Origin: an uncultured cyanobacterium
Lineage (GTDB): Bacteria > Cyanobacteriota > Cyanobacteriia > PCC-9006 > JAAUQQ01
Length of the DNA stretch: 64,000 nt
Reading direction: 5' to 3'
Assembly (NCBI GenBank): GCA_963718615.1
Contig: OY970368.1
Span: 608,001 to 672,000 of the forward strand
The notes beneath the pieces were generated by a model. The model saw only the letters and a list, made by a program, of their open reading frames with translations. It did no database searches and was not told the DNA's origin. This document shows, in pieces, positions 63,059-64,000 of the stretch. Each line of letters starts with the position of its first letter. Position 1 is the stretch's first letter. Made by a program: the position numbers and the translations under genes.

Positions 63059-64000
63059 GTGTTTGCCAACGGGTTGAAGTTTACGCCTTTTCCACTCAAG
63101 CCTATCCCCAAGCTCCCCCCCAACCCCCGCCCCCAAACTCCGGTGGGATTCCGATTGCAGCTCTGGCTGCTGGTGAGTCTCGGCGGTGCGCTGGTCTGGG
63201 CCTTGATGCTCTATGGGCTCTACGACTTTCTCTGTCGGGAGTTGCCGCTAGGGCCAGAGGCTAGGGCCGTTGTGACCCAGTTGTTGGGCGATCGCCTCGG
63301 GTTAACCTTCTGCCTGTCTGCACCGCTGCTGGGGGTTTTGGCCTATTTTGCAATTTTGCTGATCGCCAATCAGCAGGCCCAGATCAATGAGCTAAGTCAT
63401 GACCTGAGGGCAGCATTGCAGCGTCAGCCCCCCGCTGATGAACTCCCTGCCGATGAACCTCCCACGGATGAGCCAGCTTGTGCGCCCCAGGGAAACGCTA
63501 GTTTAGCCATGCAGTCTCGGCTGGTGGCGCTGCTGTCCCACGAATACCGCACGCCGCTGACGACGATCCTGTCCTCAGCCGAACTGATTGAAAACTATGG
63601 CGAGTGCTGGAACCAGGACCGCATCCACCGGCATCTGCGGCGGATTCGCGAATCAGTTTATGGAATGACGCGGCTGTTGGACGATATTGCGGTCCTCGGA
63701 GAATCAGACACTGGCCTACTGCGGTTTAATCCGGTGGCGCTGAACCTGCCCCAATTTGTTGCGGATTTGGTGGAGAGTCTGAACCTGTCCCAGGGGGGGG
63801 AAGCGGCGATTGCCTGCACCTTCCCCGAACAGTTGCCTTCCCTAGAGGCGGATCCGAAACTCTTGCGCTCGATTCTCTACAATTTGCTCAGCAACGCGAT
63901 CAAATACGGCGAAGATCAGCCCATTCAACTCAGCCTTCGCTACGAGGACCGACAGGTCATTTTTGTCATCGCAGACCAAGGGATGGGGATTCCGGAGGGG
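63059..64000 (+). CDS. Membrane sensor histidine kinase (partial, runs off the window)
   Basis: Manual translation from GTG at 63059: two TM helices, H-box SHEYRTPL, N-box NLLSNAIKY, DQGMGIP. Confidence 0.88.
   Translation, partial: MFANGLKFTPFPLKPIPKLPPNPRPQTPVGFRLQLWLLVSLGGALVWALMLYGLYDFLCRELPLGPEARAVVTQLLGDRLGLTFCLSAPLLGVLAYFAILLIANQQAQINELSHDLRAALQRQPPADELPADEPPTDEPACAPQGNASLAMQSRLVALLSHEYRTPLTTILSSAELIENYGECWNQDRIHRHLRRIRESVYGMTRLLDDIAVLGESDTGLLRFNPVALNLPQFVADLVESLNLSQGGEAAIACTFPEQLPSLEADPKLLRSILYNLLSNAIKYGEDQPIQLSLRYEDRQVIFVIADQGMGIPEG

Larger units (their letters stand above)
862..63295. repeat. HIP1 octamer GCGATCGC (often GGCGATCGCC), dispersed throughout
   Basis: Very many copies, e.g. 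862, 19528, 28421, 46257, 60381, 63288; sparse in the 47-52.6 kb island; exact count not made. Confidence 0.95.

Overview
A 64 kb chromosomal window from a phycobilisome-bearing cyanobacterium: HIP1 (GCGATCGC) is very frequent, and apcD, kaiABC, pipX-pipY-sepF and an hli gene are present. Most of it is housekeeping: dnaB, rplI, a PatA-CheY-CheW-MCP-CheA taxis operon, trmD, an RNase II-family gene, rpsR/rpmG, moeA, pheT, rlmD, tsaB, hppD, glgC, murD, tpiA, glbN, ald, proC and der. There are two accessory features. (1) At about 29.25-29.68 kb is a protein-less IS200/IS605 element. It keeps both end hairpins and a TnpB-type omegaRNA, preceded by a candidate promoter and an rRNA-type boxB/boxA leader. 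(2) At 47.0-53.6 kb is a collapsed type I restriction-modification island. Its hsdM and hsdR have lost catalytic motifs through in-frame internal deletions, hsdS is cut by an IS1, and only a Fic gene and the IS1 transposase are intact. The most unusual sequence-level signal is a mirror-image strand skew (G/T-rich on the left, C/A-rich on the right). It brackets the RM island's variable core, the hsdS target-recognition domain and many HIP1 sites, regardless of gene orientation. Family calls are by motif recognition from memory; no database searches were run.
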